DNA of 64,000 nt from Acidobacteriota bacterium (GCA_963663035.1 OY760074.1:2464001-2528000), one strand, 5' to 3'. Positions 19,580 through 30,583 are shown, numbered from the stretch's first letter. Notes: a model not told the origin generated them from the letters alone. Program-made: numbers and translations.

Positions 19580-21462
19580 CCTGTGAGCCTCTTCTCCATC
19601 TTTTCATACCACAGCTGAAAGACAAGAAGACCCCACAACTGGTTGGTCTTGCGAACTTTTCCGCTGAGGTGCTCCTGAAACAGAAAGTTGACCTGTTGTG
19701 AATCGAAGAAACCCTGACGATCCAGTCTCTGGGGTGCAAAGTAATGCTCGAACATGGATCGCAGCTCCTGTTTCATCCAGGTGCCGATGGGAATCATAAA
19801 ACCCTGCTTCTTCCGGCTGAGGATCTTCGGAGGCAAGTCGTTTTTCAATATTTTTTTCAACAGCTTCTTCAGGGTAAAGGAGCCTACCTTGCGGTGCCAT
19901 GGGTGACGAAGCAAGTCCTCTACTAAAAGATGGTCGCAAAAAGGTACTCGAATCTCCAAGGAGTGAGTCATTCCCATCTGGTCAGCCATATAGAGCAGAT
20001 CATTCACCAGGTAGGACACCAGATCCACATAAAAGACCTGGTCCACAGGGTTCCACTCCCGAACCGGCTGAAGTAACTCGTTGAAGTAAGCCTTATCTCG
20101 ATCCAGTGACGTCAACTTGCTCAGGAACTCCCTGGTGTACAGTGCTCGTCGGTCCTCTGGTGAATTGAAGCTGACCCACCTGCGATAGCGGTCAAGAGGC
20201 TGATCCTCAGGATGTGACAGGAAGCGGCGTGCCCATCCTCCTATGTTTCTACTGGATTCCCCCTCGGGGATGGCCCTGGACATCCGCGACAAGAGCTTCC
20301 GCAAGGCAAGAGGCAACTCCCGGTAACGGGTGTCCCACAAAACGCCCAGGTATCGAGGATAGCCGCCAAATAACTCGTCGCCGCCGATGCCAGACAATGC
20401 CACTTTGACTTGGCCGGCCGTTTGCTGGCTGACGAGATAAGTGGGAATGGCTGAAGAATCGCCAAAGGGCTCATCCATTGCCTGAACAACATCCAAGATC
20501 GTCTGCTGGATGTCGGGCTGGACAACGAACTCGCAGTGCTCAGTCTTGTAATAGTCAGCAACCAGACGGCAATACTCCAGTTCATCAAAAGAGGAAAATT
20601 GCTCTCCGTAGCCAATAGAAAAGGTCTTCACCGGCTCAGAGGAGCTTTCACTGACCAAGGCAACAATGGCACTGGAGTCTATGCCTCCACTCAAAAACAC
20701 CCCCAGAGGCACGTCACTCATCAGCCGGATCGCCATGGACTCGCGAAGACGTGAATCAATCTGTTTCTCAAAATCCTCTGCACTTTCCTCTGATAACCGA
20801 TCAACTGGAGGCTCCCAGTACTGAACAAGTTCATACTCACCTTTTTCATATTCCAGGTAAGTACCAGGTGGAAGTTTGTAGATGTTTTTGTAGATGGTCC
20901 AGGGACAGGGGATGTAGAGAAAACTCTGGTAGAGATCCAGAGCTTCAGGACTCAACTCCAGGGAAAGTCGCTCCTCTTGAAGCACTGCCTTCAGCTCTGA
21001 AGAAAAAATCACTCTTGTTCCCAGAGGAGTGAAATAAAGTGGTTTGACTCCCAAATGATCCCGCGCCAAAAAGCCTTTCTGCTCTTTTTGATTCCAGATG
21101 GCGAAGGCAAAGTCGCCCCTCAAAAATTTGGGGGTCTCCGGCCCCTTTTCTTCAAAGAGATGCAGAATAACTTCCGTATCCGTATGCGTCGAAAAGCGAT
21201 GACCTCGCCCTTCAAGTCCCTCTCTCAGTGTCTGGTAATTATAGATCTCCCCATTGAAGACAATCCAAAGATCACCCGATTCATTGCTGATCGGCTGATG
21301 ACCCGTGATCAGGTCAATGATGGTGAGCCGGCGCATACCCAGTGTTGCACCCGGGTTGCTGTAGACTCCGTGGTCGTCGGGCCCCCGATGAGTGAGGCAC
21401 TCATTCATGCGCTCCACCAGAGCAGGGTTTTGTTCCCCAAAGACACCATTAATTCCACACAT
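19576..21462 (-). CDS. asnB: Second asparagine synthase-like amidotransferase
   Basis: MCGING, HRGPDD, LSGGIDSS and SGIGGDELFGGY motifs. Confidence 0.93.
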   Translation of the reverse strand: MCGINGVFGEQNPALVERMNECLTHRGPDDHGVYSNPGATLGMRRLTIIDLITGHQPISNESGDLWIVFNGEIYNYQTLREGLEGRGHRFSTHTDTEVILHLFEEKGPETPKFLRGDFAFAIWNQKEQKGFLARDHLGVKPLYFTPLGTRVIFSSELKAVLQEERLSLELSPEALDLYQSFLYIPCPWTIYKNIYKLPPGTYLEYEKGEYELVQYWEPPVDRLSEESAEDFEKQIDSRLRESMAIRLMSDVPLGVFLSGGIDSSAIVALVSESSSEPVKTFSIGYGEQFSSFDELEYCRLVADYYKTEHCEFVVQPDIQQTILDVVQAMDEPFGDSSAIPTYLVSQQTAGQVKVALSGIGGDELFGGYPRYLGVLWDTRYRELPLALRKLLSRMSRAIPEGESSRNIGGWARRFLSHPEDQPLDRYRRWVSFNSPEDRRALYTREFLSKLTSLDRDKAYFNELLQPVREWNPVDQVFYVDLVSYLVNDLLYMADQMGMTHSLEIRVPFCDHLLVEDLLRHPWHRKVGSFTLKKLLKKILKNDLPPKILSRKKQGFMIPIGTWMKQELRSMFEHYFAPQRLDRQGFFDSQQVNFLFQEHLSGKVRKTNQLWGLLVFQLWYEKMEKRLTG

Positions 21463-21478
21463 AGTGGGAACAGAATCT

Positions 21479-22902
21479 TCAGACAGACTGGTCCAGGGGC
21501 TCAGTTTCCTCTTCGGAGAGCTCTTCAGCAGCTACAAAGCGCAAGCTAAAGACAAGGCCGGCTACCAGCCAGAAGGGCTGCATAATGCGGACTATAATGA
21601 AGGTGTTGGACCCGATGGCATGGAAGAGGAGGCACACCAGAGCTCCTAGAAAACCGACCGCCAGACCTCTGGAGAAGGGTTCATCAGAAAAATAGCGGAA
21701 ACGATCCATCCCCATTTGAAAAAGTCTAAAACAGAGGAACAACAGAGCAAACAGACCCAATAGCCCGCTTTCGAGCAACGTTCTAAAGTACTGGGCATCG
21801 ATAAACTGCCACCCCGTCACCCCATAACCGAGAAGAGGTTCCTCGTAGAAATCCTGCAGAGCCGCTTGGAAACTTTGCAGTCGAGCAGAGGTTGAGGTAT
21901 CCAATCGCTGACCAAAAACGAGGACCTGGCCGGCCATGGGCTCCTGGGCTCCTGGGTCCAGGTATAGGTGACCCGGTCGCGAATAACTTGGGGGAACACA
22001 TTGGGGAAAAGCAGAAGACAAAAGGTCAGACCCAGCAGACTGTAGCTGACCAGGCGCTGCTTACTCAAGAGCAGCACCACAGCCAGCCCTGGAATAAAGC
22101 CGAGATAGGAAGCTCGTGAAAGCGTGAACAAGAAAGGCACAAAGAGATAAAAAGCAATGGCGAAGTAACCGATCCGGCTCCTGTATTCCGGTAGATTCAG
22201 TGACAGAGCAATACAAATGAGGATCAACAAGGCCAGATAGCCTCCAAAGGTATTGGGTTCTGGGCTGTCACCTTCAAAGGGAGCTGTTATCCGACCTCCG
22301 CCGGGGACCTGAGCGAGACCGATAGCGCCTACAATAAGAGCTGTCACGATGACCGCCACCCAATATCGTCGCAGCTGCTTTTGGTCTTCGATGTTGTTGA
22401 TGACCAGAAAAAAGAGCACAAAGTACTGGATGTACTTCAGCACAAAAAGGGACCCGGCCATGAGTTGGACCCGGCCGGCCGCTATCCCTATCAGTGTAGA
22501 GAGAAAACACGCGAAAGCGTAAAGAAGCATGGCACCATTGAGCGGGGTTTTCTTGAAAATTCCCAATTCTTTGTGCAGGGCACTTTTCACCATCCAGGAA
22601 ACTGCAATGATCACCAGTAGAAAATCATCGAAACGAAAGGTGACACCCCTTCCCAAGGTCCCTCCTGTAGTGGCGGACTGACCGACACCGAACTCGGGAG
22701 AGAGCAGCATGGAGCAGATCAGTAGATAGATGGCGATCTTCGCTCTGAAAAAGACAAGGACGGTGACCGCGATCCCTACACCCACCAGAAGGGCCACACT
22801 CATCTCCAGTCGGGAGATAAGGAGGGCGACTACAAACAGAACCCCTCCCATGAGAAGCATCAGGAAAAGCTCAAAGGTGTGCTCGCCAGGGATCCGTGCC
22901 AT
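21479..22902 (-). pseudogene. O-antigen ligase/Wzy-like polymerase, frameshifted
   Basis: Two overlapping ORFs (EPNTFGGYL, TLSRASYLG; PLLGYG..D.QY.R.LLESGLLG); deleting one CTCCTGGG of the tandem pair at 21941-21956 restores WTQEPMAGQV. Confidence 0.85.
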
Positions 22903-22909
22903 CTGGTGA

Positions 22910-25315
22910 CTACTCCTCGTCCGTGAGCTTCATCACGTCTTCCATTTCCTCATCGCCAGAGGAGGGGTGGGAGGGCTTCTTGGGGGATGCTTTAAAACCT
23001 CTGAAGATCTTTCGAAGACTCTGACGGCCGAGAAAGCTCGAAAATCGCTCTTTCAAGCCGCCCACGAGTCCCAAATAGGATTCGGGGGCAAGAACCTCTT
23101 CGTACTTATATTTATAGCCATAGTATGGGTAATCGCGGGTATAGTAGATTTCCGCCTCGATGTCGTTCATCAAAAGACCCACCACGTTTCCACCAACAGA
23201 TTGCAGCCGACTTTTGGTTCGGTTGACGACTTCGCGTCCAACTCGGCCAATTTGATAGGTAATCAGTGTCGCCTCGATGCCGGGGGTCAACTGAGAGGCT
23301 TCGGCCACCGGAAGCACAGGTGCAATATCCACAATGATGATGTCATAAAGATCACGCATTTCTGAAAGGATTCCGCTCATCTTGTCCAGGTTCAGGAGTT
23401 CAGCGGGGCTATCGACCCTTCTCCCGGCAGTGAGTAGAAAAAGATACTCAAGTCCCGGGTTCAAGTGGGCATTCTTGAGTCCAAATTTCCCTAAGATCAA
23501 ATCATCGATTGATTTGGTGGCACTTTCCCACTCAGCCACTCCCAGAAGAACATCCGATAATCCAGGGGTCTTAGACAATCCAAAGACTCTATGGACCTGG
23601 GGACGCCGCAGGTCGGCATCTATCAAGAGTGTCTTCCAACCGGCCTGGCCAAAGATGACCGCTAAGTTACAGGCGGTGTTCGTCTTACCCTCCTGCAAGA
23701 CAGAGGACGTGACCAGGACGGTCTTCCAGTCATTTTTCTTTAACATGACCTCGAGCTGGGCACGCATTGAACGGAAAGCCTCGGAGACGGGCTCTTGAGG
23801 GGCAAAATGAGTACAGAGAGTGGCCATTCGGTCTATTTCCCCGGAGGTGACATCGCTCCCCATCTCTCCCACCAGCACATTCCCTCTCACCAGGTCTGCA
23901 TCCAGATGGGGGATCACCCCCAAAACAGGAAGCTCAAGATATCCCTCAACATCATCTATAGTCCCAATCGAGGTATCCAGGGACTCCAGCAGGACAGAAA
24001 AAATGCCGCCTAAAATCAGTCCGATCAGTACGCCCGCCAGAGATTTCAATAATCTCGAGGGCTGAGCCAAGGGGATAGCCAAGCTGGCCTGCTCGACAAT
24101 AGTGACCTCCTTGATTTCACTGGCCTTCTGAATCTCCGCGTCCTGCAACCGCCTCTGGAAAAGATTGAGGCCATCGGTCTGGAGTACGACGCGCCGTTCC
24201 AAAGCTCCAAGTTGGCGGGTGATCTCAGGGACGGTTTCCAGTAGATCCCAACGGATCATTAAAGTGCGGCGATTTTCAATCAACTCATCCTGAACGGCCT
24301 GGTAGCCTTGAAGCAAACTGGAGATGATTTCCCGACCGCTTTCTTCCAGGTCTTCTGTCTCGAGGATTTTCTCCTGGACCTCCCTCGATTCCGCAGTGCT
24401 GTAGCGCAACAGTCGACGCAATTCGGTTTTGAGCCGGTTGATCTCAACAATCAGCTGCAAAACTTGCTCTTCCAGTCGATAAAGCATCTGATCTTCTGCT
24501 TCGCCCAGTACAGGAGAGAAGGACCAGTACTCCTCGACGCTGGGAATCAGCTCCAACTGTCGCATCCCCTTTTCCAGATTGGCCATCGTTCTTCCAAGAC
24601 TCTCGATCCGCTGTTGGATGTCTCCACCTGCGGCGGCATCCAGAGCTAAGACCGTCCGATAGTCTCGCTTGAACTCCTCGAGTCCTTTTTCCGCCTGGCC
24701 CAGCTCTTCCTCAGACTCTTGGATTCGGGCTTGGATGAACAGCACAGCCTCGCGAACCTCTCTATTTCTCTCTGAGATGTTGTAATTGACAAATTCCTCA
24801 GCCGTATAGTTGGCGATATCAACTGCCAGTTCCTGTGAGGAGCCAAAAGCCAGGATGCCCACAGCTTCGCTGTCTCCCTTTTTTTCAGCCTCGATTTCGA
24901 TGTCGCTAACCAACCTCACCAGGTTCGGATCATCCCGGACCTTTTGCTCGAGAGCCTCGTAGTCCACCTCCTCCTCATCTACATCACTACCTAAAGCATT
25001 CATCTCGCTGTATTGATCGTACTTCTGAGCAAGACGCAGCGCCACACGTGCTTTAATCTTCTGACTTGTGATGATCTCTGACTGGGTGGCGATGTTGTCA
25101 CCTTGATACCAATATAAGGCCTCGACCAGCAGTGCCTGCATATTGGCCGCCACACGAGTGATTTTCACCAACGATTCAGCTTCGAATCGGGGAGGCGGGC
25201 TTTCAGTGAAGAACCAGGTCAAAGCCCCGACCAGGCTGGGTGCCAGCAGGAGGATCCACCTCCGGCGACGTGCGACACGAAAGATGTCTCGAAGGTTGAT
25301 TTCAAACTCTGCCAT
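22910..25315 (-). CDS. wzc: Wzc-type polysaccharide co-polymerase / BY-kinase
   Basis: N-terminal TM, coiled coil, second TM, SEAFRSMR, Walker A SSVLQEGKT, IDADLRRP, C-terminal Tyr cluster YYTRDYPYYGYKYKY. Confidence 0.92.
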   Translation of the reverse strand: MAEFEINLRDIFRVARRRRWILLLAPSLVGALTWFFTESPPPRFEAESLVKITRVAANMQALLVEALYWYQGDNIATQSEIITSQKIKARVALRLAQKYDQYSEMNALGSDVDEEEVDYEALEQKVRDDPNLVRLVSDIEIEAEKKGDSEAVGILAFGSSQELAVDIANYTAEEFVNYNISERNREVREAVLFIQARIQESEEELGQAEKGLEEFKRDYRTVLALDAAAGGDIQQRIESLGRTMANLEKGMRQLELIPSVEEYWSFSPVLGEAEDQMLYRLEEQVLQLIVEINRLKTELRRLLRYSTAESREVQEKILETEDLEESGREIISSLLQGYQAVQDELIENRRTLMIRWDLLETVPEITRQLGALERRVVLQTDGLNLFQRRLQDAEIQKASEIKEVTIVEQASLAIPLAQPSRLLKSLAGVLIGLILGGIFSVLLESLDTSIGTIDDVEGYLELPVLGVIPHLDADLVRGNVLVGEMGSDVTSGEIDRMATLCTHFAPQEPVSEAFRSMRAQLEVMLKKNDWKTVLVTSSVLQEGKTNTACNLAVIFGQAGWKTLLIDADLRRPQVHRVFGLSKTPGLSDVLLGVAEWESATKSIDDLILGKFGLKNAHLNPGLEYLFLLTAGRRVDSPAELLNLDKMSGILSEMRDLYDIIIVDIAPVLPVAEASQLTPGIEATLITYQIGRVGREVVNRTKSRLQSVGGNVVGLLMNDIEAEIYYTRDYPYYGYKYKYEEVLAPESYLGLVGGLKERFSSFLGRQSLRKIFRGFKASPKKPSHPSSGDEEMEDVMKLTDEE

Positions 25316-25328
25316 TGTTACCTGGAGC

Positions 25329-25493
25329 TTACCTCCGTGTGAAAAGAAATACCGAGTCTCTCAGAAGTCCCAGCAGCGGAGTAATGACCCCTACCACATC
25401 TCCTAATGTGGCAAGATTACGTCTGGGGACAAATATAACATCATGATTTTGCAAGGTGACGTTCTGAGAGAAATCGGCCTCCTCCACCAGACT
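25329..25493 (-). pseudogene. wza: C-terminal remnant of a Wza-type polysaccharide export protein
   Basis: Manual translation SLVEEADFSQNVTLQNHDVIFVPRRNLATLGDVVGVITPLLGLLRDSVFLFTRR* matches the Wza/SLBB C-terminal pattern; directly upstream of wzc; cut by the IS end. Confidence 0.75.
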
Positions 25494-26760
25494 TGACCTT
25501 GCCCCCTAAAACGAGTCCAGTTTGAATGTTAGGATTTCCGGTTTAGGAAGGAGGCAAGGATGGCAGGGAAGCGGTTTAGGGCAGAACAGATCATCATGAA
25601 GCTGCGTGAGGCAGAGGTGGGTCTGGCCCAAGGACAGAGGGTGGGACAGGTGTCGAAGCAGATGGGGGTGAGCGAGCAGACCTACTACCGGTGGCGCAAA
25701 GAGTACGGAGGGCTCCGGTTGGACCAGGCCAAGAGGTTGAAGGTGTTGGAGAAGGAGAATACCCGGTTGAAGAAGCTGGTGGCGGATCTGTCTTTGGACA
25801 AGCAGATCCTGAAGGAAGTGTCCTCGGGAAACTTCTAGGCCCGGCGAACAGGAGACGAGCGGTGATGTGGGTACGAGAGCGATTAGGAGCAGAGCGAGTC
25901 TCCGAACGTCGGGCCTGCCAAGTGCTGGGACAGGTTCGATCGACCCAGCGAAGGGAAAGGCAAATTCCCGATGATGAGGCCCGATTGGTGGCCCGGATGG
26001 TGGAGTTGGCTACGCAATACGGGCGTTATGGCTACCGGCGGGTCACGGCGATACTTCATGGGGAAGGGTGGAAGGTGAATCCTAAGCGGGTGGAGAGGCT
26101 GTGGAGACAAGAAGGGCTGAAAGTCCCGTCCAGACAGCCGAAACGAAGGAGGCTGTGGCTTAATGACGGTTCCTGTGTTCGGTTACGAGCGGCTCGCAAG
26201 AACCACGTCTGGAGCTATGATTTCGTGCATGAACGGACCCATGATGGGCGAGCCTTTCGGCTATTGACGATCCTGGATGAGTACACCAGAGAGTGCCTCG
26301 CCATTGATGTGAAACGGCAGATGAATCACCAAGACGTGTTGGACCGGCTGGCGGAGTTATTCGTTGATCGGGGAGTGCCTGAGTTTATCCGGTCCGATAA
26401 CGGATCGGAGTTTACGGCACAGGCGGTCCGGGACTGGCTGCAGGCTGTTGGGGTAAGGACCTTGTACATCGAGCCGGGCAGCCCCTGGGAGAATGGGTAC
26501 ATTGAGAGTTTCAACGGGAAACTACGGGATGAGCTGCTGAACATGGAGATCTTCGACACGCTGGGGGAAGCCAAGGTGTTGGTAGAACGCTGGCGGAGGG
26601 ATTACAATCAGATCCGGCCTCACAGCGCCTTGGCCTATCGGCCGCCGGCGCCAGAGGCCAAACTACCTAGGTCGCAGGCACTGGATCCAATCCCTTGGAG
26701 TGGACTTCAAATGGTCCCGGGTCTAGCATAGAGGGTGGACTCGTTCGTGGGGGCAGGTCA
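25494..26760 (+). mobile_element. IS3-family insertion sequence, copy 1 (1267 bp; probably IS407 group)
   Basis: IRs TGACCTTGCCCCC / GGGGGCAGGTCA; orfA 25560-25838 (HTH) and orfB to 26731 in the -1 frame ([25 protein letters not shown] core); GGGAAAC at 25826-25832. Confidence 0.97.
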
Positions 26761-26845
26761 GCTGTGCCTCGACGCACACCGAAGGCCACAAACAAGATAT
26801 GAGAATGAAGAAAGAAAGCGTCCTGGCTAAACTATCTCGTACCAT
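26761..26845 (-). pseudogene. Signal-peptide N-terminus cut by the IS (probably the start of wza)
   Basis: GGAGG RBS, MVRDSLARTLSFFILISCLWPSVCVEAQ, then the IS right end. Confidence 0.55.
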
Positions 26846-26983
26846 AGCTCTACCTCCAAGGTGGAGTCGGTGTTTGAATAATAGGTAACGGAAATTCCAA
26901 CTGTGCACACCACCCCGTTTCGAGAAATCATACCTCAGAATACCGACATCTAGGGGGGGGATGCAGGGGACGGTTGCTTGACA

Positions 26984-28168
26984 CTAACTTGCTGCTGGTA
27001 ATTGACTGTAGGTAATCGCCTTGGTGATATGACGAGAGGGAGTGATCACCAAATCCAGTTCTTGCTCGTTTTTTACCGGTTTTCCCTGGCTGTCGTAAAG
27101 CATCTGGATCTTAGGACGCAGCAGGTTACCGGGGTTGACGTCGATGACTCTGGCTATTTCCCCTGTGTTCAGGAGCACGTACTCATTGAAAGGATAGAGG
27201 GAAAAACTTTTCAACGCCGCCTTGACTATCTTATCGGCAAAACGTCTCGTCGCTCCCGAGGTTAACTCGTGAAATAATTGATATCCGGTCAAAGCCCGAC
27301 GATAGGGGCGCTCGTGGATGCAAGCCTCCAGAACATCGGCGATACCCAATATTTGAGCTTCTTCACGGATCTCTCCTCCTTTGAGCCCCTTGGGGCATCC
27401 CGACCCATCCTCCCGCTCATACACTTGTCCTACCGTTTCCACAAGCCAGGCGTACTCGGAGCCCATCCTTCCTAAAATCTCCGCGCTGTAGACAGGCCGC
27501 AGCCGCACTTCCTGATCCACCTCTCCGCGCTGATGCAGCAACTGCCTGGAGATCTTCACCACCCCAATCTCGTGCAACAGTGCAGCCAAGCCCACCTTGA
27601 TTCTCTCTTTCTGACCGTAATCCAGGCTCTCTGCAATGCGTAATCCCAAAATGGCCACGTTCACGCAATGAGTACTCACAGCAAACTCCTGTATCCTGTT
27701 CGTCGCTGCAAGAAGTAGACTCGAATTCTTCGACATCAACTCGTCGAGTTGTTGGACCAACTGTATCCCTCGCTCAAGATTAGGGAGTTGGTTCTTTTCA
27801 GCCTCACAGATCGTTTCCAGAACGTAGAGGGTCGCGCCTTGGTAAAGTTCTTCGGTTTCGTTCTCAGCTTCCCCTTCAGGCGAGTCTCTCTTGCCTTTCA
27901 GAAAATCCTGCGACTCAAACTCGGTGAGTTCTTCTTGGGAAATTTTGTCAGGGAGACAGGTTTCACTGGTGTCCTCGCGCTGCTCCTCAGGGGTTGCCTG
28001 CCGGGCGGAGCCTGAACGAAAGTCCTCAAGAATATCTTCAATCCCATCAACTGCTTCCCCGTCAGAGTACAGCTTCTGCTGTGAACCGAGTTTCTGGCGA
28101 TACTCTTCCAGATACTCCTCGATTCTCTGTTCTTTCGACCGGTTCGCTGTGGTTCTTTCCTGGACCAT
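26984..28168 (-). CDS. HD-GYP-domain protein with degenerate catalytic motifs
   Basis: HCVNVAI, LLHEIG (HD becomes HE), VYEREDGSGCP (normally HHER.DG.GYP), IADV..A....RPY. Confidence 0.85.
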   Translation of the reverse strand: MVQERTTANRSKEQRIEEYLEEYRQKLGSQQKLYSDGEAVDGIEDILEDFRSGSARQATPEEQREDTSETCLPDKISQEELTEFESQDFLKGKRDSPEGEAENETEELYQGATLYVLETICEAEKNQLPNLERGIQLVQQLDELMSKNSSLLLAATNRIQEFAVSTHCVNVAILGLRIAESLDYGQKERIKVGLAALLHEIGVVKISRQLLHQRGEVDQEVRLRPVYSAEILGRMGSEYAWLVETVGQVYEREDGSGCPKGLKGGEIREEAQILGIADVLEACIHERPYRRALTGYQLFHELTSGATRRFADKIVKAALKSFSLYPFNEYVLLNTGEIARVIDVNPGNLLRPKIQMLYDSQGKPVKNEQELDLVITPSRHITKAITYSQLPAAS

Positions 28169-28476
28169 CAAGTCTTCCCCAGTTTCCAAACCGGGCCTCG
28201 AGCAACACTGCGGCCGAGGTAAATCCCGGCTACAAATTGCTTTTAAAACCTATAGAAGTGTAACAAATATCAGGAGTTTTCGGAACACGAAAGGACTTTG
28301 GAAGGATGACTGCGGTCCTCTATTCTGGCTTGAAAACCTGGCTTGAAAATCCTCCAGTCTTCAGTGGTGACGAGCTGTCGGATATGGTTATAATGATCAT
28401 GAGCACCCGGTTGGGTCCGTACAATGACGTTTGCTGATGGAGATTGCCAGGCGATGTCGAGAAGGGGGTCACTGAG

Positions 28477-29463
28477 ATGCCTAAAACAGCACTCATTACC
28501 GGAATCACTGGTCAGGACGGGTCCTATCTGGCGGAGTTTCTCCTGGAGAGGGGATACCGAGTGGTGGGAATGGTTCGCCGCTCCAGCACCGAAAACTTCG
28601 AGCGAATCGAGTGCTTGCAAGAAAAGATTGAACTGCGTCAGGCCGATTTGCTCGATCAACTGTCCCTGATCAATCTCATTGACGAAGTCCAGCCGGATGA
28701 AGTTTACAACTTAGCCGCTCAGTCCTTTGTTCCAACCTCCTGGGAACAACCGGTGCTCACCGGTGAATTCACCGCTCTAGGAGTCACTCGAATGCTGGAA
28801 GCCATTCGCCTGCTGAACCGGAAGATCAGGTTTTATCAGGCCTCCAGTAGTGAGATGTTCGGGAAAGTTGCTGAAACACCGCAAAGTGAGAAGACACCTT
28901 TTTATCCCCGAAGCCCTTATGGTGTGGCCAAGGTCTACAGGCATTTCATCACCGTAAACTACCGGGAAAGCTATGATCTGTTCGCTTGTTCAGGCATTCT
29001 CTTTAACCACGAATCGCCTCGTCGAGGAAGAGAGTTCGTGACTCGAAAGGTCAGCCACCAGGTGGCCAGAATAAAACATGAACTAGAGAACGAGCTGAAC
29101 TTAGGGAACCTGCAAGCGACTCGAGATTGGGGCTACGCCGGTGACTACGTGAAGGCCATGTGGTTAATGCTTCAACAGGATGGTCCTGATGATTACGTGG
29201 TGGGGACAGGTGAAACACTTAGTGTGCAGGAGTTAGTCGAGATCGCTTTCACTCATGCCGGACTGGATTGGGAGAAACACGTCAAGCTCGATCCCAGCTT
29301 GATCCGCCCGGCCGAGGTGGATCACCTGGTAGCCGACCCCAGTAAAGCGAAAAAAAACCTGAAGTGGGAGGCTACGGTCAGTTTTGAGGAACTGGTGAAG
29401 ATGATGGTGGACGCCGACATTGAAAGAGTGGGGAGGGGGGTCACTGCTGGAACCGAGGCATGA
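28477..29463 (+). CDS. gmd: GDP-mannose 4,6-dehydratase
   Basis: [37 protein letters not shown] and RDWG motifs. Confidence 0.96.
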   Translation: MPKTALITGITGQDGSYLAEFLLERGYRVVGMVRRSSTENFERIECLQEKIELRQADLLDQLSLINLIDEVQPDEVYNLAAQSFVPTSWEQPVLTGEFTALGVTRMLEAIRLLNRKIRFYQASSSEMFGKVAETPQSEKTPFYPRSPYGVAKVYRHFITVNYRESYDLFACSGILFNHESPRRGREFVTRKVSHQVARIKHELENELNLGNLQATRDWGYAGDYVKAMWLMLQQDGPDDYVVGTGETLSVQELVEIAFTHAGLDWEKHVKLDPSLIRPAEVDHLVADPSKAKKNLKWEATVSFEELVKMMVDADIERVGRGVTAGTEA

Positions 29464-29466
29464 GGT

Positions 29467-30426
29467 ATGAGGTGTTTCATCACCGGCCTCACTGGTTTCG
29501 CGGGGGCCTATCTTGCCAGTCACCTGGCGAGTCAGGGAGCCGAGGTGACTGGCATTGGACTAGGAGCCCGGCCCGAGGCACCTGTCCCAGCTGTCGAGTG
29601 CGACCTTCTGGACTTCGACAAAACGGCTCGTCTCATCGGAGACTTTGGACCTGATCAGGTCTATCACCTGGCAGCTCTGACCAATCCCTCAGAATCCTTG
29701 AAAAGGCCTCGGGAATATTATCAGGTCAATGTTCAAGGCACACTGAATCTCCTGGACGCCCTGTGGCAGCAGCAGATCGACGCCAGGATCTTGCTGGTGA
29801 GTTCTTCCCAGGTCTATGGGAAGGCTTCGCCCGGTGTTTTGATCTCAGAAGAATCTCCTCTGGAACCCAACAACCCGTATGCATCCTCCAAAAGGCTCAG
29901 TGAAGAGATTGGGCTGCAATATCGGAAACACTTTGCCTCTCGAGTCGTTATAACCCGCCCCTTCAACCACACAGGACCTGGACAATCACAAGCTTTCGTC
30001 ATCTCAGACTTTTGCAGACAAATTGCCATGCGAGAGCAGGAGGCAGCCCGCTCGGGTAAGAGTGATCAGAAAATGTTGGTGGGAAATCTCAATTCAACGG
30101 TAGATTTTCTGGACGTTCGCGACGTGGTACGAGCATACACAGGCCTCGCCGCAAAAGGAGTGGAGGGGGAAACTTACAATATCTGCTCGGGGGTGGGAAC
30201 TCAGATCAGTGAGATACTTGATGCAGCGATCAATCTCACCGAGCTGAATCTGGAACTGGAGGTTTCTTCCAGTAAGTCTCGCAAAAGGGACGAGGGGTGG
30301 CTAGTGGGCGACAATCAAAAATTGCGTTCCATTCTCGACTGGACTCCTCAGTACTCCCTGCGGCAGACTATCCAGGACACACTCAACGCCTGGAGAGCTG
30401 TTGTGAAGAAGGAAAATTCTTCCTAG
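29467..30426 (+). CDS. rmd: GDP-6-deoxy-4-keto-mannose reductase-like SDR (GDP-D-rhamnose pathway)
   Basis: ITGLTGFAG, PYASSK, RPFNHTGPGQ and DFLDVRDVVRAY motifs; follows gmd. Confidence 0.8.
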   Translation: MRCFITGLTGFAGAYLASHLASQGAEVTGIGLGARPEAPVPAVECDLLDFDKTARLIGDFGPDQVYHLAALTNPSESLKRPREYYQVNVQGTLNLLDALWQQQIDARILLVSSSQVYGKASPGVLISEESPLEPNNPYASSKRLSEEIGLQYRKHFASRVVITRPFNHTGPGQSQAFVISDFCRQIAMREQEAARSGKSDQKMLVGNLNSTVDFLDVRDVVRAYTGLAAKGVEGETYNICSGVGTQISEILDAAINLTELNLELEVSSSKSRKRDEGWLVGDNQKLRSILDWTPQYSLRQTIQDTLNAWRAVVKKENSS

Positions 30427-30583
30427 CCCGCATTATGAATAGGTTTTCGTAGCGAAGTGGCGCAAGCGCCGCGATGACAAGGCGTGTGAGGGGTACCCGC
30501 TTGCGGGGCGCAAGGAAACACAACGACGTCAGCGCGGATGATTGCGACACTGTAGCAGAAAATTTATTCATACTGCGGGCTAA
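30423..30583. repeat. Palindromic MITE-like element, copy B
   Basis: GCCCGCATTATGAAT...ATTCATACTGCGGGC; both ends overlap the TAG stops of convergent genes. Confidence 0.85.

Noticed and set aside
11723-21462. AsnB genes as lasso cyclases for the YxxP precursor
   Set aside because: Both keep the N-terminal Cys glutaminase domain and sit in glycan operons 12 kb or more from the peptide gene
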